DNA of 63,983 bases, filler included, from Octopus bimaculoides (lineage: Eukaryota), in the NCBI RefSeq assembly GCF_001194135.2. It is 7 parts of 7 records of this genome, joined end to end, with 100 filler letters (N's around TTAATTAATTAA, not from the genome) between each part and the next. Parts side by side here need not be neighbours in the genome. Positions count along the whole stretch, not along the records: positions 1 to 17,681 come from NC_069001.1; positions 17,782 to 24,436 come from NC_068987.1; positions 24,537 to 34,090 come from NC_068995.1; 4 more parts are not named here. The stretch is one strand, 5' to 3'. Positions 14,170 to 25,859 of the stretch are shown piece by piece. Position 1 is the stretch's first letter; every line of letters starts with the position of its first letter. The position numbers and the translations under genes are program-made. Below the pieces are notes generated by a model that was given only the letters and a program-made list of their open reading frames with translations, was not told the DNA's origin and searched no databases.

Positions 14170-14560
14170 TGTGTAGCAGCAGGATTTGGTTTTTTGCAAT
14201 ACATCTAAAAATAGTCAGATGTGGTTGTTGGAGAATTTCTATGACTCCACCAATCTTAATTTCTGACCTCCTAATCCCCCCTAACCTACCCACCCACATA
14301 ATTGTAATTCCATGGATTACTATATGTGGGATGTGCTTGAGAAAATCACCAACTGTTCTGCTGGCAACAGAAAGAAGATGGAGCAGGTGGCCAAGTTAAA
14401 GGAGGTGTTTGAAGATCTTCCCAGAAACACAGCGATGAACACACACGCTGGGTTCCGGAGCCATCTTGAAGTCATGGGAAAAGTTGGGGACAGCTACGCT
14501 GAGGAAACTTATCCCCCAACCATAAACTAAATGATATTGTTTGATTTTAAAAAAAAATAC
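14170..14560 (+). mobile_element. Tc1/mariner-superfamily (maT-like) transposase C-terminal remnant
   Basis: Degenerate (W)PPNxPxxNxMDYYMWDVLEK...LKEVFEDLPRN...FRSHLEV; ORF 14312-14530. Confidence 0.6.
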
Positions 14561-14589
14561 TTATATTTGGTCTGGTATATGCATATATA

Positions 14590-14637
<48 letters not shown>

Positions 14638-16189
14638 AGAGTATTGTAGTTTGCTGTAAGCATTGTGTATTGTTTGTAAAATATAACTGCTATAGCAGTG
14701 ACTCGATTAATTCCTAACAATATCTGAAGAAGGAATTTTTATATTCCGAAATATTATATCAGACTATGAATAATTAAATTATAAGTTATTGGAGTCCACT
14801 CTGCATTGTTGTGCCATTCAAGACATGTTATATTTCACACACACACATCATCATCATTGTTATGTTCAGTTATAATACAAACTATTTTAATTAATCTGAT
14901 GGGTTCTTCTATGATTTTGTAGAGTACAAATTTATGGCCCTTAAACAAGAATATCATTGACAGTGACTTTGAAGTTTCAGCCCCTTAAGGCCATTGTAAT
15001 ACAGCTGTGTTACCCCCGTTTGTTGAATGCCAGATCTATTTTCTTTTGTTTGTTCTATCCACACACACACCTCCCCCGTTACATCAGCAGCCATTTGTAA
15101 CCTGCAACAACATCTTAAATGGGCTGGGTTTTTTGTTTTTGTTTTTATTTAATGAACGCAGACCAACGAGTCACTCTGAAACTGAATGAGAAGCTCTATT
15201 AACCAATAATTACAGACTAATTAACTGCAGGCAGAACGAGGTAGGGTCACCACTGAAATAAATATTTTCTCAGATAATTAGTGTGACAGAAACAACAGAA
15301 GCTTTTTCCACGCTTTCCTAATAGTTGTCATCATTGTTCTTTCGAGCGGCCCCAGGAAGGGCAGAGGACAGACAATGGGGAGGGCTTTTAGGCTGGATTA
15401 GGACCTTACTGATCAATATCTATAGCAAGGAAATTCATATCTCACTGTTGTCTGTCTGTGTGAAGATGACACTTTTGGTGTGGTTGTTGTTGTTGTTGTT
15501 GTTTAGCCCTAGGTCTGCAGCTCTTAATGGAGACGATCCAGCCATGACTGCCCCATCATTTTGGGGTAGGTATAATAATTATTATTCCATACATACTGTT
15601 CATGATCTGAGGCGGATTTACCTGCTGTTTTTTTTTGCAAGTTGATTTCTGTTGTTCCTATTGTAGGTGGTGGTCATGGTGTTGCAAGCTGTTGTTCTTC
15701 ATTGTTGTTGTTATTGCTTTTTTATTGTTAAACCCCAGGTCCTCCCTGATCCAGCCAGATCAGTGATGTGTGAGTGTTTTTGCATCTGTGTGTCTTGTGT
15801 GTGTGTGTGTGTTTGTCTAGACCAGGTCAGGCCAACTTGAATTACTTGAATCACAGAAAGTTCTTTGAGGGCCGCTTGTACACTGACAGAATTGAAAGCA
15901 TTTTGCTTTCTCATGTTCTTATTACAATGACTGAACAATCGTTGATTCAACATGAAATATCTTTCTTTTTTACTTTTCATTACAATCTTGAATTTTTGAT
16001 AAAATTTTAAAAATGTTTGTTTAAATAAATTCATTTCAAGAAAGTATCAAGGGGCCACAAAATAAAAGTCTGTGGGCTGCATGTGGCCTGTGGGCTTCAG
16101 GTTGGAGCTCCTGTCAAACCATCCAACCCATGCTGCCATGGAAAATGGATATAAAAGGATGATGATGGTGATGTATGTGCACATACATA

Positions 16190-16595
16190 CAACAGGCTTC
16201 TTTCAGTTTCCAGCTATCAAATTCACTTAAAACTTTGGTCAGGCTGGGACTATAGTAGAGGTCACTTGCCCAAGGTGCCACACCATAGGTAGTGAGCTGG
16301 CAGAAGCGTTAGCGCACCGGGCGAAATGCTTAGCGGTATTTCGTCTGCCGTTACATTGAGTTCAAATTCCGCCGAGGTCAACTTTGCCTTTCATCCTTTC
16401 GGGGTCAATAAATTAAGTACCAGTTACGCACTGGGGTCGATGTAATCGACTTAATCCCTTTGTCTGTCCTTGTTTGTCCCCTCTATGTTTAGCCCCTTGT
16501 GGGCAATAAAGAAATAAGGTGCCACACCATAGGACTCAACCCAAAACCATGTGGCTGGAAAGCGAACGTCTTACCACACAGCCACACCCTGCGCC
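16190..16595 (-). mobile_element. SINE head (minus), interrupted by a younger SINE
   Basis: ggcttctttcagtttcc...cacttgcccaaggtgccac|...|aaccatgtgg...cttaccacacagccac. Confidence 0.8.
16290..16515 (+). mobile_element. Young SINE (Meta-like central domain) inserted with an 18-bp TSD
   Basis: aaggtgccacaccatagg at 16272-16289 and 16516-16533 flanks gagctggcagaagcgttag...gagttcaaattcc...tttcatcctttcggggtcaataaattaagtaccag...aataaagaaat. Confidence 0.85.
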
Positions 16596-16632
16596 TGCAT
16601 TTATTTATTTATTTATTTTATTTTACTTCCAG

Positions 16633-16964
16633 AGAATCTCTTCATGAAAGTTGCTAGTCTTGTGGCAATGACTGTACTGAATTCCACCGTCGTTCTGCTA
16701 ATGCGGTACCTAAGGATGCGTCAAGGACCTCTCTTTATATCGACAACAGCTGTCGTCATGTGCGAAGTCTTTAAACTCTTCATAAGCATGTTGTGTGTTG
16801 TGGCTGAGGAACGCAACTTAGTTCGCCTGCCCTATATAATATACGACAGCTTCTTTGGCAGTTACGTTGATACTATGAAAATGATGGTACCTTCATTTTT
16901 ATACACACTTCAGAATAATTTATTCTTTGTAGCCATATCAAACCTAGATGTTGCAACTGTACAG
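16633..16964 (+). CDS. SLC35A2: Internal exon of a nucleotide-sugar transporter, SLC35A2 (UDP-galactose transporter)-like, TM1-TM4 region
   Basis: Translation NLFMKVASLVAMTVLNSTVVLLMRY...STTAVVMCEVFK...YVDTMKMMVPSFLYTLQNNLFFVAISNLDVATVQ matches SLC35A motifs (TAVVxxExxK, PSxxYTLQNN, VAxSNL). Acceptor ttttacttccAG at 16631-16632; donor CAG|GTGAGT at 16964/16965, just before the family VTYQLK motif. A2 versus A3 is tentative: YVDT, TTAVVM and VAISNL are A2-like. Confidence 0.9.
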
Positions 16965-17233
16965 GTGAGTTCTAGAGACCTGTTTGGTCTTCTTATTCTT
17001 CCATTTTCTGTTATTCTTCTGGTTCTAGGTCAGCCCAGATGCAGCAATAACGATTGCTTGCTTGACAGAGCTTGGAGTCATCCTAGATAAGTGGCTCCAA
17101 AGATGTCATCATGCATAGAGCCAACCAGGTCTGATGCTAAACATCAACTAAAAGAATATGGAAGGTGACATGTAGCACTAGATAGACTGTGCCTGAATAA
17201 AAGACAGGATGGTCACATCTGGAACAACTTTAA

Positions 17234-17384
17234 CCCTTCATAAATCATGTTGTAGCTTCGAGATTTTGATGATGTGATTGTTTATTTTTAGAATGACATT
17301 GAAGGGTCAGTGTGAGAGGCCAAATCTGGCTAGTTTGAACATAAGGCAGGTGGAATGTTTTGGCTAGTTTAAATGCTAAAAGGG
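17234..17384. mobile_element. piggyBac-like MITE (degenerate)
   Basis: TTAA-ccctt ... aaggg-TTAA. Confidence 0.6.
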
Positions 17385-17681
17385 TTAATTACAGCTGACC
17401 ACTTGGGTGTCTCATCACAGCTAGGTGGACTATGGTTCACTCCAGGTGGAGTGGTACCTCACTACAGCTTGGTGGACTATGGCCATGCTGCAGACAAGAA
17501 TCTGAAGGTCTTGGTTGATTACATCAACCCCACCACGCCATTTGACTGTGGCCATGCTGGAGCACTGCCTAGAAGGGTTTTAGTCAAACAAATCAGCCCC
17601 AGGACTGGTTGGTGAATGTATCAAGATAACTGAATTCATCATCATCATCATCGTTTAACATCCGCTTTCCATGCTAGCATG

Positions 17682-17781
17682 NNNNNNNNNNNNNNNNNNN
17701 NNNNNNNNNNNNNNNNNNNNNNNNNTTAATTAATTAANNNNNNNNNNNNNNNNNNNNNNNNNNNNNNNNNNNNNNNNNNNN
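17682..17781. other. Artificial 100-bp scaffold join (44 N + TTAATTAATTAA + 44 N); also at 24437-24536, 34091-34190, 47896-47995, 52378-52477, 62394-62493
   Basis: Identical geometry six times; TTAATTAATTAA places stops in all six frames. Confidence 0.95.
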
Positions 17782-17782
17782 A

Positions 17783-19125
17783 TTATCATCATCATCGTTT
17801 AACGTCAACTTTCTATGCTGGCATGGATTGGAAGATTTGACTGAGGACTGGCAAGCCAGATGGCTGCAACAGGCTCCAATCTGATCTGGCAGAGTTTCTA
17901 CAGCTGGATGCCCTTGCTAACACCGACCACTCTGAGAGTGTAGTGGGTGCTTTTACGTGCCACTGGCACGAGGGCCACTCAGGCAGTACTGGCAACGGCC
18001 ATGCTCAAATGGTGTTTTTTACGTGCCACCTGCACAGGAGCCAGTCCAGCGGCACTGGCAACGACCTCGCTCGAATGTTGTTTTTCACGTGCCACTGGCA
18101 CAAGTGCCAGTAAGGCAACACTGGTAACAATCATGCTCAAATGGTGCTTTTTATGTGCCACCGGCACGGGAGACAGTCAGCGGCCCTGGCAACAATCATG
18201 CTCAGATGGTGCTCTTAGCGCTCCACTAGCATGGATGCCAGTCATGCAGTGCTGTCATTGAATTTGATTTCGATTTCACTTGCCTCAACAGGTCTTCACA
18301 AGCAGAGTTTAGTGTCCAATGAAGGAAAAGTATATATAAGTGGGCTGGTTACACCACTGGCATAGGCCACGGGTTATGGTCTCACTTGGCTTGCTGGGTC
18401 TTCTCAAGCACAGCATATTTCTAAACGCCTCAGTCACTAGTCATTGCCTTGGTGAGGTCTGATGTTTGAAGGTCATGCTTCACCACCTCATCCCAGGTCT
18501 TCCTGGGTCTACCTCTTCCACAGGTTCCCTCAGCTGCTAGGGTGTGACACTTTTTCACACAGCTATCCTCATCCATTCTTGCCACATGACCATACTAGTG
18601 CAGTCTCTCTTGCACACCACATCTGATGCTGCTTAGGTCCAACTTTTCTCTCAAGGCACACTGACATTACACATCCAGCAGAGCATACTGGCTTCATTCC
18701 TTGCAAGCTTATGCATGTCCTCAACAGTCACAGCCCATGTTTTACTGTCATGTAGCATGGCTGTTCATACACATGCATCAAACAGTCTACCTTTTACTCT
18801 GAGCGAGAGGTCCTTTGTCACCAGCAGAGGTAGGAGCTCTCTGAACTTTGCCCAAGCTATTCTTATTCTAGCAGCTACACTTTCAGAGCACCCACCCCTG
18901 CTAGTGACTTGGTCACCTTGGTAATGGAAGCTATCAACTACTTCTAGTTTTTCTCCCTCGAATGTGGCAGAAGTTGTTCTCTGCACATTTTCAGTGTTTA
19001 TTGCTCCTGAGCATCTGTCACATACAAAAACTATCTTGCTAGTTAGCCTTCCTTTGATATTGCTGCACCTCTTATATGTCCATAGCTTACACTGGGTACA
19101 TCTTATGCCATGTTAACCTTTACTT
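17783..19125 (-). mobile_element. 5'-truncated RTE-clade LINE (RT C-terminal region, 3'UTR, (ATC)n tail)
   Basis: ORF 18765-18986 LEVVDSFHYQGDQV...ARIRIAWAKFRELLPLL...KGRLFDACV is typical RTE; 3'UTR has ~66-bp tandem units. Confidence 0.9.
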
Positions 19126-19140
19126 GTTTTTCAAATAAGA

Positions 19141-19444
19141 TATCTCTGCGTGAGAAGACCCGGCAAGCCAAGTAAGATCGTTGCCAGTGCCCCTGGACTG
19201 GCTTGTGCGGGTGGCACATAAAAGACACCATTTCGAGCGTGGCCGTTTTCGTGCGGGTGACACGTAAAAGCACCCACTACACTCTCTGAGTGGTTGGCGT
19301 TAGGAAGGGCATCCAGCTGTAGAAACTCTGCCAAATTAGACTGGAGCCTGGTGTTGCCATCCGGTTTCACCAGTCCTCAGTCAAATCGTCCAACCCATGC
19401 TAGCATGGAAAGCGGACGTTAAACGATGATGATGATGATGATGA
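19141..19444 (+). mobile_element. Young RTE-clade LINE 3' end
   Basis: CpG-retaining 3'UTR ending gcggacgttaaacgatgatgatgat; inverted relative to 17783-18100. Confidence 0.85.
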
Positions 19445-19579
19445 TTCCACATGTCTTCAAAGGCATGATGTGAGCAGGAAATTTATTGACAGAAGTTCCA
19501 ACAACAACAACACCATACAAATGTTATGACTTTTGTATAAACGAGTGGTACACATAAGCAAACACACAGACACACAAAT

Positions 19580-19626
<47 letters not shown>

Positions 19627-20899
19627 CACAAACAGGGTGTCCAAGAATTAACTATCTATTTCAGTGAAATCGGACAGTTTTTTTAAAAACACACTTTTAT
19701 TTATGTTTATCATGTTTAATATGTGTTAAAAGTGTATAAAGTTTTTATTTTGTTTGTAATTTTATAATTCTTATAATCATTTTAATAATTTTATTTTTAT
19801 TCCTGTTGGATCCTGCTTATCTGTCCATGGCAGCTTTTTCTCAATTTGGCTGCAATCATTTTCTGCAATCATTTCCATCCCCCAGGATTGTGAAATTGTT
19901 GAGCTGAACTTAAAGAATGCATTCAGTTAGCAGTGCAAGAGATAACTTCTGAAATGCTTCTTGAAATTTGCAGGGATAGAGATGGAGCACATATTGAAAA
20001 AAGCAACTCACTATACCTAACACTGACCTCTAGAAATTCTTCATAGAGTACCATGCTCTGTGGCCTGATGTTCACCAAGAAAACTAAGCATAGATGAATG
20101 TCTTTGAAGAGCCATATAAGCCATGTACAATAATGCTGTCAGCAAAATGTAAGGTTGTCACATGTTCAACAAGGAATTTAGCCTGTAGGTAGGTGTCTAG
20201 CAGAACTCAGTTTTCAGTCCCCTCCTGTTTATATCATAGTTGTCCACACCATAATAGAGACATTTTAAGACCAACTGCCCATGTAAACTTTATGTTGATG
20301 ACCCAGTTATAATATGTAAATCTGTCAAAGGATTATGAATGAAGTTCCAGATATGGAAATGAAGCCTCGAATGGAGACATCTTCATATAAAACTCTCAAA
20401 GTCAAAAGTTTTAGTATGCAAAGAAGACAAGACTATCATGGACATGGCCATACTTGATAAGCAGAAAAGAAATAGGTAGAAATTGTACACAATGTAAACT
20501 ATATACAGTTGGATCACAGGAATGCATATTTTAATTACTTTTCTTAAGTTGTTGGTAGTGTCTCAATAGTAATACTAATGATTATACAACCTTACACCAT
20601 TCATGTAATCCCTTCAAACAAAAAAGCATACCAGATCAGTCATCATCTAAATCAACAAGGGCTATGTTCCCCACAGGGTTTCCAATCTGAAGTGAAAAAA
20701 TCCACAACTGGACCACCACTTATTTTTTCCAACAATCAGTCGAGTGGAAACTAAACTCAGAGCAACTTCATCTCTGGCCTATTGGCTTTAGCAAGAAATA
20801 TCCAAGCAAAACAAAAACATACCAAATGGACACAGGAAGAATATAGAGAAGTTTGCAACACATTCTATTCACCATTTAACTACTGCCACTTAAGAGCAA

Positions 20900-22203
20900 A
20901 ACATATAAGGAATGAAGCATAACTATATGGAAAGTAAAAAAAGAAATGTGCTAGAAAAAAGACTGTACATAGGTTACCCAATGTACAAAGAGATGTTCTG
21001 AAGAATAACAGATTAGGTGGAAGGAGTTAAGCAACTTGCCTCAGAAAATACTAATTGCAGAAGCCAACTAGAAGAACTGGGTGTAACAGTAATTGTGGGA
21101 AATATGTCACCTGATAAGATACAAAGGCATTCAGAGAAAATTAAGAACCTAGGGGTTGAATCTTTGATAGTTGGTTCTGAAAATTCATTCCCCAGATTAG
21201 AGAAAACACAATGTTGATACCAACACAGTATTGAATGCACTGGGAAGTCTACACCCAAGTGATATAATTGACAAACCCATAGAAAGAAACAAAGAAGAAT
21301 TAAATAATGTAACAGATGCAATTATTCATAAGCTAGGCAAAATCAAATACTGAGATATGCAAGACAGGGAGAACGTCTTGAAAATTCAAAGCTACCATAA
21401 GAATAAAAACACTTATCAAAGTATATGATTCTGCCTGGAAGTTACTGCAAAATGAAGTCAAAAATGGTATATAAATCAGGCTGTCTATGTCACAGCATTC
21501 ACAGCACATAAAGGATTAGGAACCAAGATTAAGAAAAGCAAACATATCAAGCACAAGGTGCCAGTGTGAAAAGTTAAGATTAAAAATCAAATAGATGCTG
21601 TAGAAAAGAACTCTCCATTGTGGATGAATTAGTAAGAGGTGAAAACATTAACTATAAAAAAAAGGAAAAAACAGTAAAATAAAACAAATATAAAAATTTC
21701 AAAAAATGATGAAATATTGCTAAGAAAGCAGAGAAGCAAAAAATGTATCAAAAGGCATGAGTATGTAGATTTGAAAAACATACAAAATTCTACAGGCAAG
21801 GTAAAATATTTGAGACTGATGCAAAGGAGTTTTATAGGGAGATAAGTAAAACAAAGACAGATGTTAAAACTCTTCCTTTGATTGATGAAGTCCACAAATT
21901 TTTGGGAAAAATATGGAATGATTCAAAATAGCATAATAAGAAGAATGGATAGAAAGAGAGAAAAAAGAAGGGAAAATATTCCACAGCAGGTATGGAAGGA
22001 CATCTGTGTAGAAGATGTAAGAATATCTCTTCAAAAAAGCTCAAAACTGGATGTCTCTAGGAATAGATAAGAGATTCCAAATGTTTTTCTACATCACATA
22101 AAGCATTATTTTATTCTTATTTTATGAAAAACCCTTCTGAATCTCCCACATGGCTACCAGAAGGTATAACTTAACTTCTTCCGAAATCTAATGAAACTCT
22201 AAA
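20900..22203 (+). mobile_element. Degraded R4/Dong-like non-LTR retrotransposon (pre-RT/RT start)
   Basis: Frameshifted peptides KFLGKIWND..., WKDICVEDVRISLQKSS, PTWLPEGIT*LLPKSNE resemble the R4/Dong FW..IW / P.WL..G.T.LxPK motifs. Confidence 0.6.
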
Positions 22204-22206
22204 CCA

Positions 22207-22700
22207 CAGCTTCTCAACCATTTTTTACCTATGGACCCTTTTGATTCCCATTTTACTCAGATGGACCCACATAGCCATTTGATGTTTAATAAAACCTATT
22301 GTATTTTTATAATTAAACAGTATTAGGACTTGCATAAATATTGTTAAAATATTTTGTGTATTGTAGACGTATCACCAATTTATTGCACATAAATTTTAAT
22401 AATTAACTAAATTCTATGGAAAATGAATGTTCACAAGTAAAATGAGTCATAAATATACAAGGACATATTTATTAAAAGAAGATAGTACTTTAGTGCTAGT
22501 TTATTTAATGCAAGCCATGCAGTTGATGTTGCTCAGCTAGTTTTGCAATATTCAGCTCCAATGTTGTCAAAGATAACTTTTATTACAATATTAAGGACAT
22601 TGTGCTGATGTCCACTTAATTGTTTTGTAACTAAGTGTTGCCGGTGTATCCTTGGGTGCATCATCATTTCATTAAATGTGTTTATAGGGAGAAAAATAGG
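22207..22700 (-). mobile_element. hAT (Buster/Charlie-like) 3' end
   Basis: TIR-like cagcttctcaacc at 22207; minus-strand KLSLTTLELNIAKLAEQHQLHGLH* resembles the Buster transposase C-terminus. Confidence 0.55.
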
Positions 22701-23139
22701 GAAAAACATCAATACATGTCAGAGTGACAAAGAAATGAAGTAGATATCAGGTGGTCATGAGATGTGCTAAAAACAACAGCTAAGTTACCCATAAATCACA
22801 CGGAATTATTTTTAGGGTAGTGCCCCAGCTCCAGGGAGTGCCCCAGAATGGCCACAGTCAATGGATTCCCATGTGTAGAAGACAAATTCATGAAAATTTT
22901 CTGAAAATTCTCAAAAATAAAAAAAGTTATATGGGGTTATATGGAGTGCATATACCAGAATTCCACAAACCAATTTAAGTGATGATAAGTAACACCAATA
23001 TTATATGTATCAGTAATGGATTAAAATAATTGTAAAATTATTTTAAACACAGGCTTTGTGAGTGGATTTGGAAGATGGAAACTGGAAGAAGCCCATTGTC
23101 ATCATATGTGTGTGTGTGCAATGTCAGTGTGCATGTTCA

Positions 23140-23868
23140 ACAGGATATAAGCATCTTAAGAGAAAAGTTGGGCATAAGAGGCATCAGATGTGGTGTGCTA
23201 GAGAGACAAATGCACTGGTATGGTCATGTGATGTGTATGGACAAGAACAGCTGTGTAAAGAAGTGCTGATCTCTAACTGTAGAGGGAACCTGTGGTAGAG
23301 ATAGACCTAGGAAGACATGGGGTGAGGTGATGAAGCATGGTCTTCAAACTTTGGGCTTCACAGACACAATGACTAGTGACTGAGACCTTTAGTGATATAC
23401 TGTGCTTCAGAAGATCCGTCAAGCCAAGTGAAATTGTAGTCATGGCTGATGCTGGTGTCATGTAACTGGCAGCCATGCCAGTGGCACATAAAAAGTGCCT
23501 TTCGGGGCCTCACAGAGGCAAAGTGGCTGATGCCAGTGGCATGTGAAAAGCTCCTTTCGAGTGTTGGGCCACACGGAGGCAATGACCAAGACCTCTGGCA
23601 TTATGTTGTGCTTGAGAAGAAGACCCATCAAGCCAAGTAAAATCACAGTTGTGGCAGATACTGATGTCACACAAATGGCAGCCATGTCACTGGCATGGGA
23701 AAGCACTCATTTCATTCTCGGAGTGGTTGGCATTAGGAAGGGCATCCAACCACAGAAACCATGTTGAATCAGACTGAAGTCTGGTGCAGCCTTCCAGCTT
23801 GCCAGCCCTGGTCAAACTGTCCAACCCATGCCAGCATGGACAATGGTTGCTAAATGATAATGATGATA
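23140..23868 (+). mobile_element. RTE-clade LINE 3' portion
   Basis: LREKLGIRGIRC...WYGHVM...; gtagaggtagacctaggaagacatgg-like (GRPRKTW); RTE 3'UTR with GAT-like tail. Confidence 0.85.
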
Positions 23869-23883
23869 TATATATATAATATA

Positions 23884-24104
23884 CAGTAATTCCTCACCAT
23901 ATTGCAGTTCACCTACTGCAGTTTATTATTTTAACTTACGTCGATTCCTCTGTAGTGTTGTTTTGCATTTATAATAGAATAGATATATACAAATTATAAA
24001 AATAATAAAAAATATATACAGTACAGTACTGTTTCTACTTCACGGATTTTCACCTATTGCGGGGGGTTTAGGAATGTAACACCTGTGAAAGTCAAGGATT
24101 ACTG
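23884..24104. mobile_element. Tigger/pogo-like MITE
   Basis: TA-cagtaattcctc ... aaggattactg-TA. Confidence 0.7.
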
Positions 24105-24112
24105 TATATATA

Positions 24113-24436
24113 TTACAAAGGTAAAGGTGACGCTTTAGATACTAATAATTACAGAGGTATCAAGCTTTTAGATCAGGTAATGAAAGTCACGGAGAGGGTC
24201 ATAGCTCAACTGCTTAGGGAGCGAGTCAGTTTAGATGAGATGCAGTTTGGGTTTGTGCCTGGGAAAAGCACCACTGATGCTATATTTCTGGTAAGACAGC
24301 TTCAGGAGAAATACCTAGCCAAGGATAAACCTCTGTTCCTGGCTTTCGTTGATATGGAGAAAGCCTTTGACAGGGTCCCCCGATCTCTCATCTGGTGGTC
24401 AATGAGGAAACTAGGGATAGAAGAATGGTTAGTGAG
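24113..24436 (+). mobile_element. RTE-clade reverse transcriptase fragment, cut by an assembly join
   Basis: TNNYRGIKLLDQVMKV.ERV...QFGFVPGKSTTDAIFLVRQLQEKY...FVDMEKAFDRVP. Confidence 0.95.
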
Positions 24437-24612
24437 NNNNNNNNNNNNNNNNNNNNNNNNNNNNNNNNNNNNNNNNNNNNTTAATTAATTAANNNNNNNN
24501 NNNNNNNNNNNNNNNNNNNNNNNNNNNNNNNNNNNNTATATATATGCATATATGTACACACACATACATACATACATATAATACATACACATATAATATA
24601 CATACATATATA

Positions 24613-24674
<62 letters not shown>

Positions 24675-24788
24675 AAATCCCCCAAAATAGGAACATGCAC
24701 AAAGAACACTACAACGCTAGAACGTGGTACATGTAAAGCTTTGGCAGATGCTCAGGGAAGGATATATATATATATATATATGTATGTA

Positions 24789-25022
24789 TAGGATGACCCA
24801 AAAGTAGGTCTACAGTTATTCAACTATCACTTTCGCATTGATATATTAACAGTTTAGATGTTAATCATAAAAAATATGAAACCACCATTCAATGCTAATT
24901 TAGTTAACTTTGTCAAGCTCCCTTTTCAATTTGTAAGATAGAAATTTAAATGTAATAAAATGTTTTAAAAGAAATTTAATGTGCCTACGTGATAACTGTA
25001 AACTTACTTTTGGGCCACCCTG
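24789..25022. mobile_element. Tc1/mariner-type MITE
   Basis: TA-taggatgacccaaaagtaggtctacagtt ... aactgtaaacttacttttgggccaccctg-TA: 29-bp imperfect TIRs. Confidence 0.8.
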
Positions 25023-25859
25023 TACATATATATATGTGTGTGTGTGTGTGTGCACGTGTGACTGTGTGGTAAGGAGCTTGCCTCCCAACCACATAATTCC
25101 GGGTTCAGTCTATCTACGTTGCACCTTGAACGAATATCTTTAAATATAGTCTCGGCCTGGCCGAAGCCTTGTGAGTGGATTTGGTAGACGTGTGTGTGTG
25201 TACGTGTGTGTGTGTGCGTGTGTGTGACAGAGAGAGTGAGAGAGAGAGAGAAGGAGAGAGAGAAAGAGGAGCGGGAGAGAGAAGTGCAGCGAAGAAGAAC
25301 TGTGTGAAGGAAAGATAAAAATAAACGGATAGAAAGAAATAGCATAAAGGCTTAAAGGTGTGAAATAAAATGAGTGTGAATGAAAAAAAAAATGGGCAAG
25401 AGAACGTAAAAGTAATACAAAAAAAATATAAGAATATAAGAGGTACCGACAGAAAGAAGAGTCTACGTGCGTTGTGTGGTGTAACAGGGAGAAGAGGAGA
25501 ATAAGTAATGGTCATAATCATTGTGAAAGAATAAATGAAAGAAAGTGAGAAAGGAAAGTTTTTAAGAGAAAACGATTGAGAGCAAGAGAAAGATAGATTG
25601 ATAGAGAGGGAGATAGATAGAGACAAAGATTTAGAGAGATAGAGATAGAGAGAGAAAGTGTGTGAGAGAGAGATGGAGAGAGAAAAAGAGGGACAGAGTG
25701 TGTGTGAAGCTACGCGTATAGCACGAAGAGTGTGACTATATTAAAAGTACAGTAGAGTGGAGCCAAGCTTCGTACACAATAGATTATGACTTAGAAACGG
25801 GTAAACACACATTCACTACAGATTTTTAAATACATTTGAGGTGCAGTCGTGTCCTTGTA

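Noticed and set aside
16551-17090. Single 179-aa ORF as the complete gene
   Set aside because: Its ends are SINE and intron sequence; only 16633-16964 is family-like and bounded by splice sites.
24481-24492. Recurrent TTAATTAATTAA as a regulatory motif
   Set aside because: Always centred in 44+44 N; an assembly linker.
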